Positions 49,569 through 58,262 of a DNA stretch of 64,000 bases are shown in pieces (positions within the stretch are counted from its first letter, which is position 1; each line of letters begins with the position of its first letter). The notes beneath the pieces are model-generated. The model worked only from the letters and a program-made list of their open reading frames with translations. It did no database searches and had not been told where the DNA came from. Source of the DNA: an uncultured Gammaproteobacteria bacterium. GTDB taxonomy: Bacteria; Patescibacteriota; Microgenomatia; UBA10105; UBA927. The position numbers were made by a program, and so were the translations under genes. The stretch spans positions 7,574-71,573 of the forward strand of contig CAZSTG010000003.1 in assembly GCA_964609895.1 (NCBI GenBank), written 5' to 3'.

Positions 49569-50738
49569 ATGCTGATTAAACCGGAGATTGCGAGATTTGC
49601 AAAAATAAAAGTTGTCGGCATTGGAGGCGGAGGAAGCAATGCAGTCAATTCCATGATTTCGGCCGGCACGATCAAGGGGGTTGATTTTATCGCCGTCAAC
49701 ACGGACGCGCAGGCACTGCTGACTAATCTGGCACAGACAAAAATTCAAATAGGCGACAATGTGACACGGGGTTTAGGTGCAGGCGGCAATCCCGAAATCG
49801 GCAGACAGGCGGCGGAAGAATCAAGGGAAAAAATCAAGGAATATCTGCGCGACTGCGACATGGTATTTATTACGTGCGGTGAGGGTGGAGGAACAGGAAC
49901 GGGAGCGGCACCGATATTTGCGGAAATCGCCAAGGAACAGGGTGCACTTACTGTTGCTGTTGTGACAAAACCATTTCGGTTTGAAGGAACGAGACGCATG
50001 GTGTCTGCTGAAGAAGGCATCATGAATCTGAAAGACAAAGTCGACACACTCATCGTTATTCCCAATCAACGACTGCTGGAAGTAATCGATAAAAAACTGA
50101 CATTGCTTGAGGCATTCCGCGTTGCCGATTCTGTGCTCAGTCAGGGCGTACAGGGAATATCTGATCTGATCACTATGCCGGGACTCATTAACGTGGATTT
50201 TGCGGATGTCAGGTCTATTATGACGAATGCGGGATCGGCGCTTATGGGGATAGGAACCGGCGTCGGAGAAAACAGGGCGGCGACAGCTGCAAGAACAGCG
50301 GTTGCTTCTCCACTTTTGGAAATGTCCGTTGAGGGGGCAAAAGGTGTGCTCTTTAATATTACCGGAGGAACTGATTTGACGATGGCGGAGGTTGATGAGG
50401 CTGCAAAACAGATTGCAGGTGCGGTAGATCCGGATGCAAATATTATTTTTGGTGCAACCATTGATGAAAATCTGGTCGATCAGGTAAAAATATCCGTGAT
50501 AGCAACGGGTTTTGATGAAACCAAGAAACGGCTTCGGGAAATGTCGGCCGCACGGGGCGCGACACAGACGGGTTTCGGGCAGGGGTACACACCGCGTCCG
50601 ATGCAGCCGGTACAACAGGTGCAGCCTGTTTCCCAGCAGCCGTCGCAGGCGTCGTCACCCGTGTTTACTCCGCCGAACGATGTTCCTCCGGAGGATGATG
50701 AATTTGAAATCCCCGCATTCCTACGGCAGAGGAATTAG
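49569..50738 (+). CDS. ftsZ: cell division GTPase FtsZ
   Basis: [15 protein letters not shown], tubulin signature [10 protein letters not shown] and NVDFAD motifs. C-terminal conserved peptide [13 protein letters not shown]. Confidence 0.95.
   Translation: MLIKPEIARFAKIKVVGIGGGGSNAVNSMISAGTIKGVDFIAVNTDAQALLTNLAQTKIQIGDNVTRGLGAGGNPEIGRQAAEESREKIKEYLRDCDMVFITCGEGGGTGTGAAPIFAEIAKEQGALTVAVVTKPFRFEGTRRMVSAEEGIMNLKDKVDTLIVIPNQRLLEVIDKKLTLLEAFRVADSVLSQGVQGISDLITMPGLINVDFADVRSIMTNAGSALMGIGTGVGENRAATAARTAVASPLLEMSVEGAKGVLFNITGGTDLTMAEVDEAAKQIAGAVDPDANIIFGATIDENLVDQVKISVIATGFDETKKRLREMSAARGATQTGFGQGYTPRPMQPVQQVQPVSQQPSQASSPVFTPPNDVPPEDDEFEIPAFLRQRN
50707..50738. repeat. attL-like direct repeat at the ftsZ 3' end (AAATCCCCGCATTCCTACGGCAGAGGAATTAG)
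   Basis: 27/32 nt identical to 56366-56397. Both copies translate to IPAFLRQRN-stop in the ftsZ frame, and the mismatches are synonymous. Confidence 0.6.
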
Positions 50739-50917
50739 GACAGAACGCTCCAATCTCTCCATGCTACCATATGAGACTATATTTTGAGGTCTTCATAACG
50801 GAACAGTTTGAAGATTTAAGTTGATTTTTGAGGCTAAAAGTGGTAGTATATACATGTTGTTCCTCGTAGAGCTTCTGTATATTTTTACCACAAATTTCAG
50901 ACTGTTTCGGATAATGT

Positions 50918-51940
50918 ATGTTATTCGATGCAGAAGACTTCAAGCGATTTATAATGATTAAAGAAGGTCTTGATACTGGCTCAATACGTCATTGTATGAG
51001 TAGGTTTAGGCTGTTTAATCAATGGTTATATGCTTCGGGTTTAGAACTCAATAAAGATTGTGTAGAAAGGTATTTTTCAGAATTAAAAGAAAAAGGATTA
51101 AAGAATAATTCGCTTAACACATATAGCTTCATGTTTCGTCATTTGGTTTCTTATTGCAAAGATAGAGGTTTACCCAGCGATTTTTTTGATGGCTTTAAGT
51201 CATTCAAGAAAACTAAGCCTGATATTATTATTTTTACTCAAGAAGAGATTGAGAAAATTCTTACTACCGATCTTACATACGGTTTGTTTCATGGAAAATC
51301 TTCTGACTTTTTAAATTTTCGATATAAGACAATGACCATGTTTCTTGCATATACTGGTTGCCGATATTCAGAGGTAGCAGAATTAACAGTGAAGCACGTT
51401 GATATTAGTGCAGGAAGAGCAACATTTGTGAATACCAAAACAAATGAAAATCGGACAGCGTATTTTACCGAACCATTGAAGAGTAATATAAAGAAATTAA
51501 TTGAGAATAGACAACCGAACGATAGAATATTTTGTAATTCCTCAAACAAACAAATTCAGGTTACAGAATACAGTGGTGATTTAAAAAGAAGAGCAATAGA
51601 AGCAGGAGTCACAAAGAGAACGTTCCCCCATAACTTCAGACATAGTTATATAACCCACATGTTGGAGGCAGGTGTACCTATTACAGAGGTCGCAACGCTC
51701 GTCGGACATAAAGACATACAAACAACCTATTCAACGTATATGCATTTAGCTGATAAAACACTTGAACGAGCTGCGATGCGTCATCCGATGGTACGGAAAA
51801 ACGTTGATCCGAAAGAAATTTTGAAGATGATAAAAGAAATGATAGAAGGATATCATTTGGAAAATGACAATCGATTTACATATAAAATTGAAGATAAAGG
51901 AGAGGAATTAAATATAAGCATTTCAAGATCATATGAATAA
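50918..51940 (+). CDS. int: tyrosine-type site-specific recombinase/integrase
   Basis: C-terminal catalytic region with R...HNFRHSYITHMLEAGVPITEVATLVGHKDIQTTYSTYMH (R-H-R-Y family signature). Confidence 0.85.
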   Translation: MLFDAEDFKRFIMIKEGLDTGSIRHCMSRFRLFNQWLYASGLELNKDCVERYFSELKEKGLKNNSLNTYSFMFRHLVSYCKDRGLPSDFFDGFKSFKKTKPDIIIFTQEEIEKILTTDLTYGLFHGKSSDFLNFRYKTMTMFLAYTGCRYSEVAELTVKHVDISAGRATFVNTKTNENRTAYFTEPLKSNIKKLIENRQPNDRIFCNSSNKQIQVTEYSGDLKRRAIEAGVTKRTFPHNFRHSYITHMLEAGVPITEVATLVGHKDIQTTYSTYMHLADKTLERAAMRHPMVRKNVDPKEILKMIKEMIEGYHLENDNRFTYKIEDKGEELNISISRSYE

Positions 51941-52493
51941 TACCTATTTAGCTAAACCAATTACATGGGATACGATACGTACTCGGTTTGATCCGCAACA
52001 TGTTCAATTCGAAGCTGAAAAAGAATTGAAAACAATCACACCAGAAAAAAGGGAATTCGAAGGCACAACAAATATATATAAAGCGTTCACTCTTAAAGAG
52101 TTCGAGAATGGAGTTTTATTGAGTGAAACATTGAAAGAAGAATATAAGACTTTTGCTATTGACCTTAGTCGAAATATTCAGAAAGAATACAATTGTTCAA
52201 CTGTTAGTCAAAAAGCTACAGCGGAGCTAATAGCTTGTTCGTATAGTCGGATATTACAAACGACAATGATGATTACTCGATATCTCAATATTGGCTCGGT
52301 GTCGGACAGTGGAATTAAATATCTAGCTGTGATGTCTAAAGAGCTTGATCGAGCACAGAGGCACTATACAACGGCATTACAAACCTTGTTTATGCTCAAA
52401 CAACCACCATTGAATATTACTGTAAAGGCAGAAACAGCGAATATAGCTAATAACCAGTTAATACAACAAAATAACCACGTTAAGCCCATATGA
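51933..52493 (+). CDS. hypothetical protein (element cargo)
   Basis: 186-aa ORF overlapping the integrase stop by 8 nt. No motif recognised. Confidence 0.4.
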   Translation: MNNTYLAKPITWDTIRTRFDPQHVQFEAEKELKTITPEKREFEGTTNIYKAFTLKEFENGVLLSETLKEEYKTFAIDLSRNIQKEYNCSTVSQKATAELIACSYSRILQTTMMITRYLNIGSVSDSGIKYLAVMSKELDRAQRHYTTALQTLFMLKQPPLNITVKAETANIANNQLIQQNNHVKPI

Positions 52494-52768
52494 TTACTCA
52501 TAATTCTTTGGTGGCGGAAAACTGTCTAAAAATACGAATAGATGATTATGTGCGTCAGGTAAGAAATAGTCTTAAAAAAGTTATTATAGAAGCTCAGATA
52601 AATGTAAATGGCGACAACATTAAACTTTGTGAATCAAATACAAGATTTGGCGGATCAAGATTATGGTTTGAATGTCCGTTATGTAAAAGGAGACGAGAGA
52701 TTCTATATATCAATTCAACAGGCAAAAAAATAGTTTGTCGAAAATGTATCAGATTAAATTATAAGTAA
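52490..52768 (+). CDS. hypothetical protein with C-terminal CxxC...CxxC zinc ribbon
   Basis: ATGA overlap with the upstream ORF. CPLCKRRREILYINSTGKKIVCRKC. Confidence 0.4.
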   Translation: MITHNSLVAENCLKIRIDDYVRQVRNSLKKVIIEAQINVNGDNIKLCESNTRFGGSRLWFECPLCKRRREILYINSTGKKIVCRKCIRLNYK

Positions 52769-52846
52769 ATTGAATTGTGAATGGTTTGCAGTAATAATCT
52801 ATCGGGATATAATAGCGGTAGTGGGACATATATTTAAGATATTGGC

Positions 52847-54163
52847 ATGAAACAAAAACTTATTACCTTCATGTTTTTTTCTTGGTTGTCTTCTATTTTA
52901 TTCTTTATTGCATTAATTGTTTTAATGGTTATTGCAAATATAAGTATACAAAACCATATTGTTGCATGGATTTTATATATGGATATTGGATTTGGTGTTT
53001 TATCTTGTTTAGGATTTTTTACAAGTGTTTTATTAATACATGATCCTGCTTACCAAAAAAATTCAAAGAAAGTTAAACCAATTAAATTTATAACCACGGT
53101 AATAGCATTTATAATATTGTTTATTCTTGTCCCCCGTTTAATATCTGGTCGCTATTTACAAGCAGCCTCAGTATATGCACAAAATGGAGATAGTCAAAAA
53201 GCGATAAATGCTTATAAAAATGCTAAAATTGCGTTACGTTGGACTATTTCGGATACTTCTGAAGTAAAGAAAATCGATAAATTAATTGCAGAGACCCCAA
53301 CAGATTGTGTAATCAACGAAGTACAGGTTAAGGCTACAAAGGAAAAATGCGATGAGTGGGTAAACTATCTTAAAACATCATTAACTCCAACTCCGAAACA
53401 AACCACCTTTACTTATCCATGCACAGGAGGAAATTCAAAACAAACGATTTACGTAAAAGATAATAGTGACTGTCAACAAAATTATACAGATTGTGAACTT
53501 AATGATGGTACATGGAAAGTAATGGCAAAAAACGATTGTAATATTGCTCAAGGAAGAACTGGTTCAGGAGGAAAGATTGACTGTGTCGGACCAGATGGAA
53601 AACATCTCCAGTTAACACAGCAAGAGTGTGACAATTTTAATGCTGCTTGGGGAAAGCCTAGAAGTGGTGGTAATAATAATGCGACAACAAACGTGCGAAC
53701 ATCTGCGACAGCAAACATTAGATCAGCACCCGCAAATAATGGCATGATTCAGTGTTCTTATTCAAACGGAGAATATCAATATAACTATGGTTTTATCACA
53801 ATTGAAGAATGCATGGTAAAAAATAATCAGTATTGGGATTCATTAAAAGTACCATCAACCATAGGTTCAAATACTCAACCAACTACTACGCCATCAAACA
53901 ATCAAACTACAGTTAATACGTCAGCATGTTATAGCCAGTATAATGCAGATGTTCAAAGGGCAAATAGTTATGGAGGTAATGTTGGTGCAAGTATGAAAGA
54001 GATGGCACAAAATAATTTATCATACTGTTTATCCTCAGGAAATGTAACTGCAGTAGGAAATGTTACAAAAGAGCCACCAAGAGATGCGAATGGAAAACTT
54101 TGTTCTGACTATACATCTGAAGAGATGGTAATCGCATTATCAATGGGTTGTCCTTATCCCTGA
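52847..54163 (+). CDS. membrane-anchored Cys-rich low-complexity protein (element cargo)
   Basis: Three N-terminal TM helices, one TPR-like stretch, then T/N/S/Q-rich extracytoplasmic region with at least 12 Cys. Confidence 0.45.
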   Translation: MKQKLITFMFFSWLSSILFFIALIVLMVIANISIQNHIVAWILYMDIGFGVLSCLGFFTSVLLIHDPAYQKNSKKVKPIKFITTVIAFIILFILVPRLISGRYLQAASVYAQNGDSQKAINAYKNAKIALRWTISDTSEVKKIDKLIAETPTDCVINEVQVKATKEKCDEWVNYLKTSLTPTPKQTTFTYPCTGGNSKQTIYVKDNSDCQQNYTDCELNDGTWKVMAKNDCNIAQGRTGSGGKIDCVGPDGKHLQLTQQECDNFNAAWGKPRSGGNNNATTNVRTSATANIRSAPANNGMIQCSYSNGEYQYNYGFITIEECMVKNNQYWDSLKVPSTIGSNTQPTTTPSNNQTTVNTSACYSQYNADVQRANSYGGNVGASMKEMAQNNLSYCLSSGNVTAVGNVTKEPPRDANGKLCSDYTSEEMVIALSMGCPYP

Positions 54164-54371
54164 AACACATTAAGTCTTTTTTATCAGAAATCCTCTTTTC
54201 GACAAAGTTTTAACTTAAGTTTGTTTTAAAATATAGCCCATAATAATATTGCTATAGTTTGATCTAGATGAGTACTAGATTTGCTATCCCCTTATAGGGC
54301 GATAACGTACCTACTTCTTTTTTAGACTTCATATATAGGATAGAAAACCTATTTTTGATTGATTAACTGAT

Positions 54372-54542
54372 ATGAATTCCCAAGAACAAAAAACAATTGT
54401 TGTCAAAACCAAACCAAAGGTTCTCCCTGTGGAATGTCCAGTGTGTCACAACTTTGGAACAGTTGGATATGCACAAAAAGTCTGTCATGGCTGTGGAGGT
54501 AAGGGGTACATTCTTGTACCGGCTGAGGAGGCGCTACCATGA
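54372..54542 (+). CDS. small zinc-ribbon protein with DnaJ-type CxxCxGxG motif (56 aa; shorter than the ORF-track cutoff)
   Basis: Translated here: MNSQEQKTIVVKTKPKVLPVECPVCHNFGTVGYAQKVCHGCGGKGYILVPAEEALP. ATGA overlap with the next ORF. Confidence 0.4.
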   Translation: MNSQEQKTIVVKTKPKVLPVECPVCHNFGTVGYAQKVCHGCGGKGYILVPAEEALP

Positions 54543-55060
54543 TCTTCGAGAATTCACAATTTAGTTTAAATAACCAGTCATTATTAAAGGATAAGATTAT
54601 TCGGCACATACAAGAGCTAGGTGGTGAGTATGAACCCGAAAGCAGTCTAAGTTTGAGGGATCAGCTTTTTGTATGCGAATCTATCGTGGAAGCCCCACCT
54701 GTTAAACAAGTTGATAACAACGGAATGATAAGTGTTAATGGGAGTGTTAATGATAGCTATAAACGAAACGTTAACTTTGAGTTAACACAGAGTAAACTAA
54801 ACGTTGTTATTAAGTTAAAAAAATGTACCTACAAAACCTCTCCAAAAGATATTGCGATTTTTCTTGAACAATTTTTTATAGATTTTCCCTCCAAGTCAGG
54901 TCATTGGTTATATATAGCACAACATTGGACTCCAAGAACGATAGTCAGAGTCATAGAGAAATTGATAAAACTTGATTTTTCAGGGAGAGCTACTCTTCAT
55001 AATCCTGCTGGTTACTTTACATACCTAATTAAATTCAGAAAGAAACGGAGGAGTATATGA
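54539..55060 (+). CDS. hypothetical protein, basic C-terminus (possible DNA-binding/replication-associated)
   Basis: 173 aa. Ends FRKKRRSI. Helix-turn-helix-like TPRTIVRVIEKLIKL. Speculative. Confidence 0.35.
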   Translation: MIFENSQFSLNNQSLLKDKIIRHIQELGGEYEPESSLSLRDQLFVCESIVEAPPVKQVDNNGMISVNGSVNDSYKRNVNFELTQSKLNVVIKLKKCTYKTSPKDIAIFLEQFFIDFPSKSGHWLYIAQHWTPRTIVRVIEKLIKLDFSGRATLHNPAGYFTYLIKFRKKRRSI

Positions 55061-55371
55061 ATACCAATGATAGCAGTAAACATTGCTATAGAATCATTCT
55101 AAGAGTGTGGAAGAACGGTGAAAACAGTAAAACGTACCGTACAACAAAATCCAAGCGTTTTTATTCAGTTGTTGAGGCGGAAGATTTTCAAAAAGCCTAT
55201 CTTAAAGTTTCTTACGGTAAAGACAAAACTAACTTCGGTAAGAATGAGGAATTTTATAACGATGGCGACTACATGACCAAGAAAGAGTTAATTGAGGCAT
55301 TCAAAGCCTTCACAGAGCAAAACCGAAGTACAGATAAGGGTTCTACGAGGAACAACTATCGAAACGGCTGA
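55057..55371 (+). CDS. hypothetical protein
   Basis: 104-aa ORF, ATGA overlap with upstream. Lys-rich. Confidence 0.35.
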   Translation: MNTNDSSKHCYRIILRVWKNGENSKTYRTTKSKRFYSVVEAEDFQKAYLKVSYGKDKTNFGKNEEFYNDGDYMTKKELIEAFKAFTEQNRSTDKGSTRNNYRNG

Positions 55372-55553
55372 GGTTTGTGAGTGGGGATTACTAAGGAAAC
55401 TAGTCCCCACGAATGAGACCTTAGGAATGTTAAAATACTATCCTCTTTTGTGAAAATCTGAGGCTGAGTAAAATACTATCGGTCAGTACAAATTAGTTAT
55501 AGGGGAGCGTAGCCTCAGAATCAGGTCGCATTACAAGTATTGTACGACGTTAA

Positions 55554-55976
55554 TTAGTTTACTGGTTTTAGGTTATCGAGAAGTTCCATTTGTTTGCTTT
55601 TAAAATCGAAAGTAATGCGAAATCTATTAAAAAAACATTCATGACCAAGAATGATCGGAGTAGATGGTGGTAATTTGTCAGTAAAATAAAACGGACATAT
55701 TAATTTTGTATTACATACATAAAGTTGAACATTGCCTTTAATTGTTTGTATGGGTTGGTTATTAACACCCTTGAATTCTCTTGTTTTTGTAGGATCAAGC
55801 GTAAGGTTTAATGCTTTTGCTATATCAGTAATACAAAGACACGCATCAGCACCAGAATCTATAAGGGCGACGATAGATTGTTGTATTAATTGATGTGAAG
55901 ATGGATTGCCTAATCTAATCTGTATCCAAGGTTTATAGACATCTTGTTGTGGTGAAAAATATGGATATATCGCCAT
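55554..55976 (-). CDS. retropepsin-like (clan AA) aspartyl protease
   Basis: Motif ALIDSGADACLC (hydrophobic-hydrophobic-D-S/T-G-A), and length 140 aa, typical of single-domain dimeric retropepsins. Confidence 0.55.
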   Translation of the reverse strand: MAIYPYFSPQQDVYKPWIQIRLGNPSSHQLIQQSIVALIDSGADACLCITDIAKALNLTLDPTKTREFKGVNNQPIQTIKGNVQLYVCNTKLICPFYFTDKLPPSTPIILGHECFFNRFRITFDFKSKQMELLDNLKPVN

Positions 55977-55978
55977 AT

Positions 55979-56164
55979 CTAAGTAACAAATCCAAGATAA
56001 TTAGCAGCAGCGGGTACAAGTAAAATATCTTTTTGTAGTTTTGTCTTTTGGGTTATAGAATTAAACGATTTAGAATAAGCCACAACTTTATTTTGTTTTT
56101 TGTTGTAGGCAATCCAACCTGATTTATATTTTTGAAGGTGAGAAGTTAGATCAACTATTTTCAT
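55979..56164 (-). CDS. small hypothetical protein upstream of the protease
   Basis: 61-aa ORF ending 3 nt before the protease start on the same strand. Confidence 0.3.
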   Translation of the reverse strand: MKIVDLTSHLQKYKSGWIAYNKKQNKVVAYSKSFNSITQKTKLQKDILLVPAAANYLGFVT

Positions 56165-56365
56165 ATATTCTTACTATATAGATTATATATCTTTTGGTCA
56201 ATTATACCACGATCTGGATTGTTAGAACAATAAAATATACTATTCAGTTAATCTATTTGATTTAATTTTGTTACTCTGATACATTCTTTTTGAAGACTTA
56301 AAAATGTATTGAATCACATTGGTATCTTTGGGAAAGATTGAAGCTAAGAAATAATCCTGTCCTAT

Positions 56366-56397
56366 AAATCCCCGCATTCCTCAGGCAGCGGAATTGA
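56366..56397. repeat. attR-like direct repeat (AAATCCCCGCATTCCTCAGGCAGCGGAATTGA), probably the displaced native ftsZ 3' end
   Basis: Preceded by an in-frame TAA. Encodes IPAFLRQRN-stop. Followed by the hairpin GAATGCACAT...ATGTACATTC (56458-56484). Confidence 0.6.
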
Positions 56398-56492
56398 TGT
56401 TTGTTACATAAAGAATTTTTTTCTTCCTTGTTCTGCTTGGTCGGTCATCGTTTTTTTGAATGCACATACAGCAGATGTACATTCTTTATGTA

Positions 56493-56521
56493 TTGACTGT
56501 CATTGTTTTTAGAGCTACTAT
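56493..56521 (+). promoter_or_regulatory. sigma70-like promoter TTGACT-N17-TACTAT upstream of nrdJ
   Basis: Read directly from sequence. The first in-frame ATG downstream is 56556. Confidence 0.4.
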
Positions 56522-56555
56522 TGCGTTTTATGGCGTTCATATAAGCTATTTATAT

Positions 56556-58262
56556 ATGAAAGAATTCGTTACATCGAGCGGTGTAGAAAAAATGCTGCAT
56601 GAAGGAAAAATCATCGGCGATCATGAAAAACCACATGATATGTTTCGCCGTGTAGTTGATACTGTGTTTAACATCGAAAAACAATGGCAGAGTAGTCCGG
56701 AGGAGGTTGACAGGTACAGAACAGTATTTGAGAATCTGACCATCAGTAAAGCAATTTCCCTCGGCAGCCCTGTACTTACGAATGCCGGACGGGACGAACA
56801 TAATCAGTTTGCACTTTCTTCCTGTGTTGTTATACCTGTAGATTTAAGAAAAATTGATGAGGCGACGGTAAAAATTAAGGGATATTATCAACAGAACATG
56901 GGATCCGGTTTCGATTTTACTCCGTATGAAAATCCGGTTCAGTTGCTTTTGTGGCTGAATGAATTAGCAGATAAAGAAACGCAGACAGGACGATATGACA
57001 GATACATTGGAAACATCGGAAATCTTCACATTTCACATCCCAAAATACGGGAGTTTATTGGGGTGAAACGTACCAACAAAATTGCGCATTTCAATATTTC
57101 AGTAGATATTGATGACGCGTTTATGCAGGCTGTGAAACGGCACGATGTGTATCAACTGGCCGACGGAACATCCGTGGATGCGGCAACATTGCTTCACGAT
57201 ATTGCTGAAAGCGCGCATTATAACGGAGATCCCGGAATTCTATCTTTGGAGCGAATGAACAGAGATAATCCATTGAAAGAGGTTAGTCCGTATACATCTG
57301 TTCCTCCTTGTTCCGAAATGGGGTTGGCGCCGGGAGAAACATGTCAATTCGGATATATTAATCTGTCAAAGTTTGTTGTGGACGGACACATTGATTACAA
57401 GCGTTTATTTGTCGCATCATCCGTGATGACACGTGCTCTTGATAATGCCATAGAAATAGGAGTGTCCAGATATCCCGACATGGAAAGCAGCAGGTTGGCT
57501 TTGCTGAAGCGAAAGATTGGCATAGGGGTATGCGGATTGGCAGACACTTTCATTCAGTTGAATTTGCCGTATGGATCGGAAGAAAGTTTGCATGTTGCCA
57601 AAAATATGCTGTCCTGTATCAATTACGCATCTAAGGCAACATCCGTGACATTGTCTGAACAGCGCGGTTCCTGTCAGGCGATGCAAGACAGTGCACACAA
57701 TGAGTATTACCACGGGTTTATTGAGGAGCGGTATGCACACCATCCGACGGATATAGTCAGTACGGCCAACTGGGAACAACTTGCCGGATATATCAGAAGA
57801 ACAGGACATTTGCGTAATATTCTTACCACAGCGTTACCTCCGACGGGAAGAACGTCAATTCTTTTGGGGGTGACTCCAAGTATAGAACCATTGTTTTCAA
57901 CCCGATCATTGAATGAAAATACGCAGGCAGTTATTAATGATTTTGTTCATGCCCACGCCGATAACGGCGCATCGGATGCGGTACTGCATCGAGCAGAAAC
58001 AGAGGGAACGTTTCAAACATCACCGCTTGACGGTAAAGAAGTGTTAAGAACAGTGAAAGAGATATCCGCAAAGGAACAACTAGACATGATCGCTGCAATA
58101 TCCGGCGTGTATGACGAAGCAGTATCCAAAACGGTGAATTTGCCTCGTACCGCTACAGTAGATGATGTTGCTTCTATCTTTATGCACGCATATGATTTGG
58201 GTTTGAAAAATATATCCGTATACAGGGACGGCAGTTATGAAAACCAACCTGTCAGCTTATGA
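56556..58262 (+). CDS. nrdJ: ribonucleotide reductase, class II (adenosylcobalamin-dependent, NrdJ-like, short monomeric form)
   Basis: ALPPTGRTSILLGVTPSIEP (RNR finger-loop region) and C-terminal TVNLPRTATVDDVASIFMHAYDLGLKNISVYRDGS. Start set to Met 33 of ORF 56460, because the first 32 codons lie over a hairpin/promoter region. Confidence 0.75.
   Translation: MKEFVTSSGVEKMLHEGKIIGDHEKPHDMFRRVVDTVFNIEKQWQSSPEEVDRYRTVFENLTISKAISLGSPVLTNAGRDEHNQFALSSCVVIPVDLRKIDEATVKIKGYYQQNMGSGFDFTPYENPVQLLLWLNELADKETQTGRYDRYIGNIGNLHISHPKIREFIGVKRTNKIAHFNISVDIDDAFMQAVKRHDVYQLADGTSVDAATLLHDIAESAHYNGDPGILSLERMNRDNPLKEVSPYTSVPPCSEMGLAPGETCQFGYINLSKFVVDGHIDYKRLFVASSVMTRALDNAIEIGVSRYPDMESSRLALLKRKIGIGVCGLADTFIQLNLPYGSEESLHVAKNMLSCINYASKATSVTLSEQRGSCQAMQDSAHNEYYHGFIEERYAHHPTDIVSTANWEQLAGYIRRTGHLRNILTTALPPTGRTSILLGVTPSIEPLFSTRSLNENTQAVINDFVHAHADNGASDAVLHRAETEGTFQTSPLDGKEVLRTVKEISAKEQLDMIAAISGVYDEAVSKTVNLPRTATVDDVASIFMHAYDLGLKNISVYRDGSYENQPVSL

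Larger units (their letters stand above)
50739..56397 (+). mobile_element. integrated element of about 5.66 kb (tyrosine integrase plus cargo) inserted at the 3' end of ftsZ
   Basis: Bounded by the 32-nt repeats. Visibly more AT-rich than the flanks. Integrase is immediately inside the left end. No tRNA gene seen, so the target is the ftsZ 3' end. Confidence 0.6.

Noticed and set aside
48897-50615. Long minus-strand ORFs (283 aa and 264 aa) across ftsA/ftsZ
   Set aside because: Antisense to ftsA and ftsZ, whose motifs are unambiguous.
50739-50917. Possible tRNA as integration target next to the integrase
   Set aside because: No cloverleaf or T-loop (GTTCRANYC) found here or at 56398-56555. 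The duplicated segment is instead the ftsZ 3' end.
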